A stretch of 64,000 nucleotides of DNA. Source: Candidatus Micrarchaeota archaeon. Lineage in GTDB: Archaea; Micrarchaeota; Micrarchaeia; Anstonellales; Bilamarchaeaceae. Location: assembly GCA_037447235.1 (NCBI GenBank), contig JBBIHC010000002.1, positions 5,951 through 69,950 of the forward strand, given 5' to 3'. Position numbers and translations under genes: made by a program. The notes beneath the pieces were generated by a model. That model was not told the DNA's origin. It did no database searches and saw only the letters and a list, made by a program, of their open reading frames with translations. This document shows positions 53,911 through 63,077 of this stretch, in pieces. The number at the start of each line of letters is the position of its first letter. The first letter of the stretch is position 1.

Positions 53911-56640
53911 ATGGATGTAAATAAAAACGAACTCAGGGCGAAGTTTGCTGCAGAATGGAAAAAACATTATGAACTCAACTCGCTGATTTCAAGGGGCTTT
54001 GAAAGGCGGAAGTGCAGGAAATGCGGCAGGAACTTCTGGAGCATCGGGGAGCGCGAATTATGCGCTGACGCCGGCTGCATAGGGTTTCAGTTTATCGGCA
54101 ACAGCCCTGTAAGCGACAGGCTGGATTACACCGGAACCTGGAAGAAGATAGAGCGGTATTTTACCGAGCATGCCCATACCTATGTCAAGCCCTATCCGAC
54201 AGTCGCCAGGTGGCGTGATGACCTTTATTTTACGATAGCCAGCATAAATGATTTTCAACCTTATGTTGTCAGCGGAGAACTGGATCCGCCTGCCAATCCG
54301 CTTATCATCCCCCAGCCTTGCATACGTTTTCCTGACGTGCAAAACGTCGGTGTTACCGGCTCCCATTATACCAATTTCGTTATGATAGGGCAACACGCGT
54401 TCAACAACGACCGCACAGGCATGTTTTATTGGAAGGACGAGGCCATAGGGCACGACATAGAATACCTCAAACGGCTTGGAATCCCGCTGAACGAGATTGT
54501 TTTTCAGGAGGATGTCTGGGCAGGCGGCGGAAATTTCGGCCCGAGCATGGAATACTTCGTGCAGGGGCTGGAACTTGGAAACTGCGTATTTATGCAGTAT
54601 GAGATAACTCCTTCAGGCGCCCGCGAGCTTCGCACAAAAGTGATCGACATGGGCGCAGGCCTGAGCAGGCTGGCGTGGATAACCTCCGGGGATCCGACCA
54701 GCTACGAAGTCGTCTTCGGCAAGGTCATAGAGGAAATGAAAAAAGCGGCCGGTATAAAGAGCGACAGAAAACTGTTGGCCGGTTTCACGAGGCTCGCCGG
54801 CAGTCTGAATATAGACGAAGTTGACGACATTGAAAAGGCGAAAGAGCGGGTTGCTGCAGGGCTTGGCATGGAAAAGAGGGAGCTGTTTGCGAAGCTTGAG
54901 CCTCTGCAGGCGCTTTATGCCAGCGCTGACCACCTGCTTACTTTGTTGTTTGCGGTCACTGATGGCATGCTTCCCAGCAACGCCGGCGGCGGGTATAATC
55001 TAAGAATGATACTGCGCAGGACTTTCGGTTTTGACGACCGTTTCGGCCTGAACCTTGACTATGGAAGGATAATAAGCGGGCACGCAGCGCACCTGGCATA
55101 TCTGTTTCCGCATCTCAAGGATGGCGTGGAAACTACGATAGACGTAATCTCCGAGGAAAAAAAGAAGTACGCGGCTGCAAAGGAGAAAGCCCGGCTCATA
55201 GTCGCAGGACTCATAAAGAAAAGAAAAGAAGAAGGCGGGGCTAAAAAGGAAAGGGTGGAACCGCGCGGGGCGGGAGCGATAACCGCAGAAGAACTGGGCG
55301 TGCTTTACCGGAGCCATGGCATCCCGGTTGATTATGTTGTTGAGGTTGCGCGTCAGAATGATATTGAAGTAAAAATACCCGGTAATTTCTACGAGATGAT
55401 AAGGGAGGGAGAGGGAGAAAAGCCTGCAGAAGAAGAAAGAAAAAAAGTGCTTGATGTGGACGTATTGGAGTATCCAAAAACCGAAATTCTGTATTATGAT
55501 GAAGCCGGAGAATTTGACGCTCAGGTGTTGGGTGTACTGCCTTTAGGCTATGTGATATTGGATAAGAGCGCGTTTTATCCTGAGGGGGGAGGCCAGGTCG
55601 CGGATACCGGGCAGATAGGCGATGCGGAAGTTATTGATGTGATAAAAAAGCACGGTGTGATGCTGCACAAGGTTAAAAACTACCAAAAAATAAAAAAAGG
55701 GAAAGTCAGGTGTGTCGTTAATCTGGAGAGGAGGAAGATGATTACCATCCACCACACCTGCGCCCATCTTCTTAATGCGGCAGCGAGAGCGGTTCTCGGC
55801 CCGCACGTTTGGCAGGCAGGCTCTTACAAGGACGAAGAGAAGGGCCATCTTGACATCACTCATTACAAAAAAATAACTCCGGAAGAGCTGGATGCGATAG
55901 AAGATAAGGTGAATGGATACATCCGGCAGGACCTTCCCATCCGTGTTGAGGTCCTACCAAGAAACGTGGCCGAGCAAAAGTACGGATTCAGGCTTTACCA
56001 GGGCGGGGCGGTGCCGGGCAAGGAGCTGAGGGTGGTGGCGATAGGCGACATAGATTACGAAGCCTGCGGCGGAACCCACCATATGCTGAAGACAACCGGG
56101 GAGATGGGGTATTTCAAGGCAGTAAGGCGCGAGAGCGTCCAGGACGGCGTTGAAAGAATAACCTACAAGGCCGGAAAAGCAGCAGTTGCTTATGTGCAGG
56201 AAAGGGAAAAAATCATAAAGAGGACAGCCGCAGTTGTGAGCGTTGGCGACAACGAGCTTGAAGCGACTATGAGAAGATTTTTTGAGGAATGGAAGCGCCA
56301 GCGCCACGCAATAGAGCAGATGGGCAGGCGGCTCGCCGACAGCGAGAAAGAGGGCATACTGGAAGAATTCAGGAAGAAAAACCGGCCGGTTCTCAGGATA
56401 ACCGACCTTGAGGGGGATGCGTTGAAAAAGCTCGCTGCCGCGGTTTCGGAAGAAGACGAAAAAATCGCATTTTGCATAATGAACCGGGCGGGGGACGTTG
56501 TCTGTGCTGCCGGCCGGGATTCAGCCCACGATGCCGCGGCCCTGATGCAAAAGGTGTTTGGGCAGCTGGGCGGCAAGGGCGGCGGCGGAAAAAGAATAGC
56601 GTTTGGGAAGGTCTCAAAAGTCGGCGCGGCCGAGCTTTAA
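53911..56640 (+). CDS. alaS: Alanyl-tRNA synthetase, archaeal type.
   Basis: A 909-aa protein with the class II catalytic domain and the editing-domain HxxxH (ITIHHTCAHLL) plus CGGTHH. The C-terminal DHHA1-like GGKGGGGKRIAFGK is present. Confidence 0.85.
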   Translation: MDVNKNELRAKFAAEWKKHYELNSLISRGFERRKCRKCGRNFWSIGERELCADAGCIGFQFIGNSPVSDRLDYTGTWKKIERYFTEHAHTYVKPYPTVARWRDDLYFTIASINDFQPYVVSGELDPPANPLIIPQPCIRFPDVQNVGVTGSHYTNFVMIGQHAFNNDRTGMFYWKDEAIGHDIEYLKRLGIPLNEIVFQEDVWAGGGNFGPSMEYFVQGLELGNCVFMQYEITPSGARELRTKVIDMGAGLSRLAWITSGDPTSYEVVFGKVIEEMKKAAGIKSDRKLLAGFTRLAGSLNIDEVDDIEKAKERVAAGLGMEKRELFAKLEPLQALYASADHLLTLLFAVTDGMLPSNAGGGYNLRMILRRTFGFDDRFGLNLDYGRIISGHAAHLAYLFPHLKDGVETTIDVISEEKKKYAAAKEKARLIVAGLIKKRKEEGGAKKERVEPRGAGAITAEELGVLYRSHGIPVDYVVEVARQNDIEVKIPGNFYEMIREGEGEKPAEEERKKVLDVDVLEYPKTEILYYDEAGEFDAQVLGVLPLGYVILDKSAFYPEGGGQVADTGQIGDAEVIDVIKKHGVMLHKVKNYQKIKKGKVRCVVNLERRKMITIHHTCAHLLNAAARAVLGPHVWQAGSYKDEEKGHLDITHYKKITPEELDAIEDKVNGYIRQDLPIRVEVLPRNVAEQKYGFRLYQGGAVPGKELRVVAIGDIDYEACGGTHHMLKTTGEMGYFKAVRRESVQDGVERITYKAGKAAVAYVQEREKIIKRTAAVVSVGDNELEATMRRFFEEWKRQRHAIEQMGRRLADSEKEGILEEFRKKNRPVLRITDLEGDALKKLAAAVSEEDEKIAFCIMNRAGDVVCAAGRDSAHDAAALMQKVFGQLGGKGGGGKRIAFGKVSKVGAAEL

Positions 56641-57333
56641 AAGCGACGGCTTTTTCAGGAATTCAAATAATCCGGGATTGCTGCTGAACTCAGTCAGGAG
56701 GTCCTTGCTTTCAAAAGAGTATCTTTTGTTTATCTCGCCCGCTTTTACTCTCTCGTTTCCGGAGATTATGTAATTTGGATTCTGCACGATGGTTTTGTTA
56801 CCCAGGACATAGTATGCCGCGCCGTGGTTGCGTTTGAACATCGAATAGTTTGGCGTAAAAACATCCGCCACGATATTTGCCAGCAATAGGTCCTTTTTGG
56901 CCGCGTTTATGCTTGCATGGCAAAAATTCGGAGGTATCAGCAGGACATCCCCTTTTTCCGCCTCAACAATGGAAACGAAAAAAGCGCCATTCATCAGCTC
57001 TTTCTGCAGTATGAAAAAAGCATCTCCATCAAGAACCTGATAAACCTCAGGGTAAGTGAGTTTTTTTTCCGCCACCGGATGGCAATGCCCGTAAGTTTTA
57101 GCGCATTCGTCCTCATTCTTCCATTGAGGTATAACGGTTATATCGTATCGCAAGTCATTGCTTTTCATTACTTCCCTGTACATGTAATAAGCATCGCCTG
57201 CGCCCTGCGGCTGGTCTTTCAGGACATCTGCGAGTTCGGAAAATGTTCTTATGCTTGGTCGTATTGCTCTTTCGTCCGCGATTATGGTTCTTTGCGCCAG
57301 CTCTATCCTTATGGGCTGCTCATACAGGATCAT
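56614..57333 (-). CDS. pgiA: Cupin-type glucose-6-phosphate isomerase (archaeal cPGI).
   Basis: YGHCHPV...PEVYQVLDGDAFFILQ...GDVLLIPPNFCHASIN matches the Pyrococcus cPGI metal-binding His/Glu pattern. Confidence 0.55.
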   Translation of the reverse strand: MILYEQPIRIELAQRTIIADERAIRPSIRTFSELADVLKDQPQGAGDAYYMYREVMKSNDLRYDITVIPQWKNEDECAKTYGHCHPVAEKKLTYPEVYQVLDGDAFFILQKELMNGAFFVSIVEAEKGDVLLIPPNFCHASINAAKKDLLLANIVADVFTPNYSMFKRNHGAAYYVLGNKTIVQNPNYIISGNERVKAGEINKRYSFESKDLLTEFSSNPGLFEFLKKPSLLKLGRADF

Positions 57334-57713
57334 GACTCAATTACTCCTTTCATCTTTTTAAATTCCAGCTTTCTTTCCAATGCTTTATTGACCGCCAGCT
57401 TCTGGTTTTCAAATTTTTTTGCAACCGTTTTTGCCAATATCAGGAATTCGTGACCGGTTCGCCCAAATTCTTTTTCCATCCGCATAATCATTTTCAGCAT
57501 GCCTACCAGCAAAGCAGCGTTTATCGTACCGCTTCCGTTCATGCTTTGCAGGTGTGCGCTGAGCACGCCCTTTGCAAAAATAATTTTGTACCTTATTTTC
57601 TTGTCTTTTATGTTCATCAGGTTGATTCTGCCCATCAGGGTCGCAAGAGCCGTCCAGTCCTCGGTTATAAGGCTTGCTGTCAGTGGGTCTGTCAGTGTTT
57701 TTTCTGGGTGCAT
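57330..57713 (-). CDS. Hypothetical protein.
   Basis: A 127-aa ORF overlapping the pgiA start by 4 nt. Confidence 0.35.
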   Translation of the reverse strand: MHPEKTLTDPLTASLITEDWTALATLMGRINLMNIKDKKIRYKIIFAKGVLSAHLQSMNGSGTINAALLVGMLKMIMRMEKEFGRTGHEFLILAKTVAKKFENQKLAVNKALERKLEFKKMKGVIES

Positions 57714-57825
57714 GCTTTGTTTATTTTAGTGCAAATTTAAAAATATTCTGCATTCAAAAGCAACATAAATTATTAATAATCCCTTCTGCATAAAATCTAT
57801 GCTTGCTGTCACTGCCCTCAGCTCA

Positions 57826-58013
57826 CATTCGTTCGCCGAGGTTTGTTTGACCGACGATTCGGTCAAAGCCCTCAGCTTGCGCCGAGGTCGCATAAAGGTT
57901 GGCGTGAAATCCGGTAGTGCGTCGGTCTTGAAAACCGATCCCTCTGGGATTGCAGGTTCAAAAACCCTTGCTGAAAGCAATTGTTTGGCAGGGCTGAAAA
58001 TCCTGCCCTCGGC
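57826..58013. ncRNA. Candidate structured non-coding RNA. Family and strand are unknown.
   Basis: A 300-nt gap with no protein-like ORF. It holds three near-perfect hairpins: TTGACCGAcgatTCGGTCAA, GTCGGTcttgaaaACCGAT and GGCAGGgctgaaaatCCTGCC. CGCCGAGG occurs twice near the 5' end, and its complement CCTCGGCG occurs near the 3' end, which would enclose the element in a terminal stem. Confidence 0.35.
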
Positions 58014-58021
58014 GTTTTCCG

Positions 58022-59125
58022 CTAAATCAGCCTAACAAGGTCCAAAAAATCGTCTTTTATGCCAACTACGCGGAGGCTTGCGCATCTCACCCTTGCATTC
58101 GCAAGGGACGAAAAACTCGGGCTCGTCCGGCCTTCATCGCCATTAATGAGTTCTTTTATGTAGGTTCCGGCTTCCGCGGTTATCAGGAATTCTGCTTTTT
58201 TGCCGGCTTTTGACAGAAGTTTCACATCCAGAATCCTTCTTTTTCTTTCAAGAAAAGCGCGCCGGTGCTCCACGCGCTGCGGCGTCTTCTGCCTTATTTC
58301 AGTGCCGCTGAGTGCCAGCACTTTTTGCAAACTCTTTTCGTCGCATTCTTTATCAAATTCCACAATTGCGGCATAGGTTTTGTCAAAATGCGACGCTGCA
58401 ATAATCTCTACTGCACGGCGCGCCGCAGCCCTCATTTTGAAAACTTCAACATTTCCCTTTGCATTTATTTTTTTTTCGGCAAGGCTGAAATCGATCTTTC
58501 TGTTTTGCGCTTCCTTCAATTGCATTATGAACGGCCTGCCGGCTTCATTCTGTACATCTATGTCTTCCCGACCGCTTGCATGCATCGTGTAATCCTTGGA
58601 GTTCGCCATTTCTTTCAGGTCTTCCCCTATTTCCTCTTCTACGGAGTGGTAAAGCTTTCCGCTTCCACCGCATTTTTCGCAGCCTTTGCCCCCGCATTTT
58701 CCGCACAGCCATTTTGTCTGTGATAAGCCGGTTGCCAGTTTTTTGTATTTTCCGAAAACAAACAGGTCGTTCCACTGGAATTCAACGCTGGCTGCGGGCA
58801 AGCCGACTTTGATTGTTACATCGCCATCGCTTTTTGGTTTTTTTCCGGTTGCTTTTTTTATTTCGTTGTTGAGAAAAATGTTTATCGCGGTTTTTATGCA
58901 GACGGTTCCGTCCAATTTTTTGTCCCATGCCATCTCTTCTCTTGCGAGCCATCCGTTCGGAAGCGAGGTTGAGACAAAAAAGGATTCTGCTGGTGCCGGC
59001 AGCGTGTCAGCAGCCTTTTTTGCTATTTCCGGCAGCTGAAGCAGGGCGCCGTTGCAGATAAAGCAGGGGGAGCCCTCCTCGAAAGAATTATTCTTGGAAG
59101 AATTGCAAAACCTGCAGAGTTTCAT
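58022..59125 (-). CDS. pus10: tRNA pseudouridine synthase Pus10.
   Basis: N-terminal zinc motifs CRFCNSS...CFIC and CGKCGGKGCEKCGGSG. The catalytic block is HASGREDIDVQNEAGRPF. Confidence 0.65.
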   Translation of the reverse strand: MKLCRFCNSSKNNSFEEGSPCFICNGALLQLPEIAKKAADTLPAPAESFFVSTSLPNGWLAREEMAWDKKLDGTVCIKTAINIFLNNEIKKATGKKPKSDGDVTIKVGLPAASVEFQWNDLFVFGKYKKLATGLSQTKWLCGKCGGKGCEKCGGSGKLYHSVEEEIGEDLKEMANSKDYTMHASGREDIDVQNEAGRPFIMQLKEAQNRKIDFSLAEKKINAKGNVEVFKMRAAARRAVEIIAASHFDKTYAAIVEFDKECDEKSLQKVLALSGTEIRQKTPQRVEHRRAFLERKRRILDVKLLSKAGKKAEFLITAEAGTYIKELINGDEGRTSPSFSSLANARVRCASLRVVGIKDDFLDLVRLI

Positions 59126-59148
59126 AGATTATTTTTGACGGCCTAAGT

Positions 59149-59490
59149 TTATATTGTTATATCCCTGTGCGGGATTGACGGTAGACCCTCCTTTATTCTG
59201 TAGCCCTCAAGAATCAGCGAAGTGCGTTTTATTTTCGCTTTTTTTGTTTCCGGTATCTTGCTTTCCAGCAAATTATCCACATAAAGCCCAAAATCTGCAA
59301 GCGTGGTGCTTCCGTTGTTCAGGAGCATTTTGATGACCTCGATTACGAGTTTTTTGCCGCTTTCATCATCGCCCCACACACTCAGCGATATTGCAACCTG
59401 GTTGATGAAGTGCATCTTGTCTGTTTCGCTCATTGCTTTCCAGTGTCTTAGTAATTTCTCTTTCGTTTCATCTTCAACATCGTCAAACAT
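59149..59490 (-). CDS. Hypothetical protein.
   Basis: A 113-aa helical protein. Confidence 0.3.
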   Translation of the reverse strand: MFDDVEDETKEKLLRHWKAMSETDKMHFINQVAISLSVWGDDESGKKLVIEVIKMLLNNGSTTLADFGLYVDNLLESKIPETKKAKIKRTSLILEGYRIKEGLPSIPHRDITI

Positions 59491-59494
59491 TCCC

Positions 59495-59875
59495 TCACCC
59501 CGCAGCCCATTTCTTCAATCTCTTTGGCAGTTCGTCTGGCTTTGCGCTTTCAAGTAACGCATACAGCTCCATCGCGCTGTTTATTGCCCGTTCTTTAGGC
59601 ACAAAATCCTTTTTCAGTGAATCGAGCGTATACCGAACCCATTCTTTTATCTGGTCCGGTCTTTTTGTTCCGGCTTTTTGTTCGCCGGCTTTCCGCGCGG
59701 GTTCTTCCATCCCGGTCTGCCTTCTTTCATATGCCATCTTTTCCAATTCGCCCAGATTGAGCCGCGCCTGCCTTCCGCTTTTGTATATTTCCTCCGCTTT
59801 TCTGAATATGTTGTCCAGCAACTCGTTGAACTCTTTCCTGACATCCTTTTCCTTCCTGATGGGCCCTCTTGCCAT
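59495..59875 (-). CDS. Hypothetical basic coiled-coil protein.
   Basis: A 126-aa protein, 4 nt upstream of the previous gene. Confidence 0.3.
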   Translation of the reverse strand: MARGPIRKEKDVRKEFNELLDNIFRKAEEIYKSGRQARLNLGELEKMAYERRQTGMEEPARKAGEQKAGTKRPDQIKEWVRYTLDSLKKDFVPKERAINSAMELYALLESAKPDELPKRLKKWAAG

Positions 59876-59931
59876 AAACGCACCATATGTATAGATTCAA
59901 AAATGTTTTATAACTTATCTGAGATATTCCA

Positions 59932-60954
59932 ATGATGAAGGTACTGGCAATAATAGAGTCCATAGGGCTGGGGCACGCCGTCAGGAGCCTTGAAGCGCTG
60001 AAAGAATTCAAAAAAAATGGATGCGAAGTCAAGGCGATAGCAAGCAACTCTGCAGCCTCATTTCTGGTTAGGAAAGGAGTGCCAACCTTTGACATACCTC
60101 TTTCCATAAACCTGACGAAAAAAGAAGGCAGGTTTGACATGGGTAGAACCATACTTGAAAACATCAGGTTAAGCAATATTGCTGCCCTGGCAAGGATAAG
60201 AGAGGTACTAAAAAAGGAAAAGCCAGACGGCATAATTATAGACACGAGCCTTATCGGCCTCATAGCCGCCAACACTGCAAGAAGGAAGAATACACCGCTT
60301 TTGTTTATCAGCAACGATAACACTTACCAGAGCGGCATAAAAGAGAGCGGCAAGGGGCAGCAGCATAATCCAGGCATAATTGATAATTTTGTGCAGACAG
60401 TGGTTGACAGTTACATCGTGCCGGATTTTCCGCCTCCCTATACCATATCTGAATATAATCTTTTTTTGCGGCCGAAAATGAATTTTGCGGGCCCGCTTTC
60501 ATGGGCTTTGCACCAGAAGCCGGATAAAAGAGCGGGGGGAATATTTTTAACACAGGGCAAGTCAGGCGTCTGCTCAGAAAAAATAGCACGGCTGTTGGGC
60601 AGGAAAGCGCCGGCGGCGCGCGAAAGCGGTTATACCGAACGTTTCTTAAAGTCAGAAATAATCATTCATCACGGCGGCCACACCACTGCCATGGACAGCA
60701 TCCTTCTTGGAAAGCCGCAGGTGGTCATCCCGGTGGACGGCTATGCGGAGCGGGAAAACAACGGAAGAAAGATAGAGCAGCTGCGGCTTGGCAGGATGGT
60801 TTACGAGGCACATTTGGACAAGAATACCATTGAATATGCCATTGAAGAAGCAAGGCAGTACAAGAGGCGCATAGCCTTTTTCTCAAGGTACGCCCGCTCA
60901 TATGATGCGCCAAAGCGGATATGCTCCATTTTTGAGTCGTTGTGCAGGAAATAA
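59932..60954 (+). CDS. GT-B fold glycosyltransferase (MurG/GT28- or GT1-like).
   Basis: The N-terminus has IIESIGLGHAVRS, a GxGxGH-like motif. The C-terminal donor-binding block is IIHHGGHTTAMDSILLGKPQVVIP. Confidence 0.55.
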   Translation: MMKVLAIIESIGLGHAVRSLEALKEFKKNGCEVKAIASNSAASFLVRKGVPTFDIPLSINLTKKEGRFDMGRTILENIRLSNIAALARIREVLKKEKPDGIIIDTSLIGLIAANTARRKNTPLLFISNDNTYQSGIKESGKGQQHNPGIIDNFVQTVVDSYIVPDFPPPYTISEYNLFLRPKMNFAGPLSWALHQKPDKRAGGIFLTQGKSGVCSEKIARLLGRKAPAARESGYTERFLKSEIIIHHGGHTTAMDSILLGKPQVVIPVDGYAERENNGRKIEQLRLGRMVYEAHLDKNTIEYAIEEARQYKRRIAFFSRYARSYDAPKRICSIFESLCRK

Positions 60955-60955
60955 C

Positions 60956-61078
60956 TGCCAAGGGGGGAATTCGAATCCCCGACCTCTCGATTTCCCAGCT
61001 ATCATCGGCTTTCGCCTCAACACTCATAGGGTTTTTTGCCTATGAGTCGAGCACTCTAACCAACTGAGCTACCTTGGC
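60956..61078 (-). tRNA. tRNA-Met (anticodon CAT; elongator Met or Ile2) with a roughly 49-nt intron at the canonical 37/38 position.
   Basis: The minus strand reads GCCAAGG-TA-GCTC-AGTTGGTTA-GAGT-G-CTCGA-CTCATA[49 nt]A-TCGAG-AGGTC-GGGGA-TTCGAAT-TCCCC-CCTTGGC-A. Acceptor, D, anticodon and T stems all pair. No CCA is encoded. A TATA-like TTTTTAATC sits about 26-34 nt upstream. Confidence 0.8.
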
Positions 61079-61127
61079 AATGCAGCAGGCAAACCCGCCA
61101 GATAGAATAATCTGATTAAAAAATTTT

Positions 61128-61541
61128 TTAAGATGATGGGATGCAGGCCGTGAACTGGACGACATCGGGCCGGCCGGCTTTCAGCCAGACTTTCTCCATC
61201 GTTATGCGGTGGCCGCTGCATGATGTCCCGCGGCCGGATGCGGTTATTATGCCCTCTATGTGCATTTGAATGCCGGTCTTGGCTGATATCTCCCCCATTT
61301 TCGCCTCAAGGATGTTGCGGTTTAGCGGGTAGTACGCCAATGCGCCGTTAAGGTAAAGGACCCGCCAGGCGTCGTTGGCCAACTGGTACTGGTAGATCGC
61401 GTAATTCGGTTTTGTATAATCAATCTGCAGCAGCGCATAGGTTGCGAAAAGGAAAAAGAAGAGAAATGAAAATACTGCCTCAAGGGTTTGCATAGTCACC
61501 ACATACGTAAAGCTTTTTTGTTTCCAGCGAGTTTTTTTCAA
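61128..61541 (-). CDS. Pilin-like protein with an N-terminal hydrophobic helix.
   Basis: A hydrophobic N-terminal segment TLEAVFSFLFFFLFATYALL. It is the last gene of a four-gene overlapping cluster. Confidence 0.3.
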   Translation of the reverse strand: MKKTRWKQKSFTYVVTMQTLEAVFSFLFFFLFATYALLQIDYTKPNYAIYQYQLANDAWRVLYLNGALAYYPLNRNILEAKMGEISAKTGIQMHIEGIITASGRGTSCSGHRITMEKVWLKAGRPDVVQFTACIPSS

Positions 61542-61899
61542 CTACCAGCCGGTAAATGCACATCTCCATTTGCCCGGGGCTGTCATCGCCCAGCGAGATT
61601 GCGATCCTGTGCCTGCTGTTCGCGTTTACCATCGTTTCTATTGCGTTGATTTTTGCCGGGTCTATCAGATTTGGCTGCAGGTTGTTTTGCCCATCTGCGA
61701 CTGCCGCACCTTTTTTTACCGCATAGTCGGCTGTGACTACGAGAAAATTGAACAGCTCTTTCTGGCGCAGGGTTGCCGTGGCGTCATCGTGTATCAGCAC
61801 CATAATCTGAAAAACAAAGGCAAGAAGGAACATAATCGGCATTATGCTGAGCAGGGCGTCATATGAGACAAATGCTTTGCACTTATGTAAACGTCGCAT
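61480..61899 (-). CDS. Pilin-like protein (probable class III signal peptide).
   Basis: Taking the internal start, the N-terminus is MRRLHKCKA-FVSYDALLSIMPIMFLLAFVFQIMVLI. It overlaps its neighbours. Confidence 0.3.
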   Translation of the reverse strand: MRRLHKCKAFVSYDALLSIMPIMFLLAFVFQIMVLIHDDATATLRQKELFNFLVVTADYAVKKGAAVADGQNNLQPNLIDPAKINAIETMVNANSRHRIAISLGDDSPGQMEMCIYRLVVEKNSLETKKLYVCGDYANP

Positions 61900-62218
61900 C
61901 TTCGTAGCACCCCGCAAAAATCCCTGAGAACTCCTGCTCCATGCCGGCCTCGGCAGCAACCAGCTTTATCACCCATTTCTCAATCCTTATCCTTGCCGTT
62001 GAAGTTTGTTGCCGGACTTGTTTCGGAGGGACGACATCGCTGTTGCACAAAAGTTCGTTCATAAAAATGTCGTTTTCCACAAGCGCCCTGTGACGCGCCG
62101 CGACGCTTTGTTTTTGCGCGAGTTCGTAAGAATGCAAAAGCGCCTGTGCCATAAGCGAGATTGCGATGAGCGTTGTTGCAAAAAGCATTAGCATCTCAAT
62201 CGTGACCTGCGCTTTCAT
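61883..62218 (-). CDS. Type IV pilin-like protein.
   Basis: The N-terminus MKA-QVTIEMLMLFATTLIAISL has Glu at +5 after the putative cleavage site, like bacterial type IV pilins. Confidence 0.4.
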   Translation of the reverse strand: MKAQVTIEMLMLFATTLIAISLMAQALLHSYELAQKQSVAARHRALVENDIFMNELLCNSDVVPPKQVRQQTSTARIRIEKWVIKLVAAEAGMEQEFSGIFAGCYEDATFT

Positions 62219-62886
62219 GGCCCAACATCACCTATGCTCACTGGCGGCATGTCAAATACCACATCGTCAAATCCGGGATTCTTTATCGTGATGGTAATCG
62301 GCGTTTTTTGCGTGTGGCTGTCTTTTTTTATTTGAAGTACTGCCCCGCTGAGCGCTTTTCGGCCATCATCCGGGCGGACCGGGACCGACATTGCCGGCAG
62401 ATTGCTTAAATCAACATTGAAAACGCTCACGACTCTTTTTTCATCCGATGGCTGGGTAATCCCGCAGGGTTGGGTTTCACAAATCGAATAACTCAAAGAA
62501 TACAGTGGGTCGACCGATATGAAGAAAGCCATCCCGTCGGTTTCAAGGCCGTTCAGCGAATTGATCTTTTCCACCGCCTTTTTATTCACATAGTATTCAA
62601 TGCAATCTATGTTCGGGACCGCGCTCACGTCGCCATCCGCCAGCCGCTTGCTGCAGTCTGAAGCGGCATAGCTTTCACAATACGAAACCACCCCTTCCAC
62701 TGCGCCTTCCCGCGCCGCCTCTATTACCGCTTCTTTTATGTTCATCTCGGCTTGGTAGTACCGCTCTGTCCACAATGCGCCTGCTGAATTTGAGTATTTT
62801 GCGTTTATGTCAAATTGGATGAGCGAGATTGTGAGGAGGCAGGCGGCAAAAACAATCAAAAAAGTAAGATAGCCCCGCATAGCCAT
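62215..62886 (-). CDS. Pilin-like, pseudopilin-like secreted protein.
   Basis: MAMRG-YLTFLIVFAACLLTISLI is a class-III-like signal (basic residue, Gly, then hydrophobic). It overlaps the next gene as ATGA. Confidence 0.35.
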   Translation of the reverse strand: MAMRGYLTFLIVFAACLLTISLIQFDINAKYSNSAGALWTERYYQAEMNIKEAVIEAAREGAVEGVVSYCESYAASDCSKRLADGDVSAVPNIDCIEYYVNKKAVEKINSLNGLETDGMAFFISVDPLYSLSYSICETQPCGITQPSDEKRVVSVFNVDLSNLPAMSVPVRPDDGRKALSGAVLQIKKDSHTQKTPITITIKNPGFDDVVFDMPPVSIGDVGP

Positions 62887-62894
62887 TGCCGCGT

Positions 62895-63077
62895 CTACTT
62901 GACTTTTACCGCGTAAGAGCCTATTGTGTTTATTGATGCTATTTTCGCTATTTCGGAGTGCTCCGGGTCAAGCACTATCACCAGGCCGGCAAAGCGTTTT
63001 GACAGCTCCCCGCCGCATTTTGGGCATGCTTTGTCTTCACCGTATACTACCATCCTGCAATCTTTGCAAGCTCTCAT
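62895..63077 (-). CDS. spt4: Transcription elongation factor Spt4 / RNAP subunit E''.
   Basis: A 60-aa protein: ACKDCRMVVYGEDKACPKCGG (a four-Cys zinc ribbon) and GLVIVLDPEHSEIAKI. Confidence 0.85.
   Translation of the reverse strand: MRACKDCRMVVYGEDKACPKCGGELSKRFAGLVIVLDPEHSEIAKIASINTIGSYAVKVK

Noticed and set aside
57826-58013. SRP RNA or RNase P RNA identity for the structured element.
   Set aside because: No GGAAAGUCC / ACAGAA-CCGGCUUA P4 strands and no GGAA tetraloop with the AGCAGC helix-8 motif could be found on either strand. It is left as an unclassified candidate.
57799-58035. A 78-aa ORF (MLAVTALSSHSFAEV...) and an overlapping 84-aa minus-strand ORF in the large intergenic gap.
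   Set aside because: They are low-complexity, overlap each other on opposite strands, and run through the hairpins. A structured RNA interpretation fits better.
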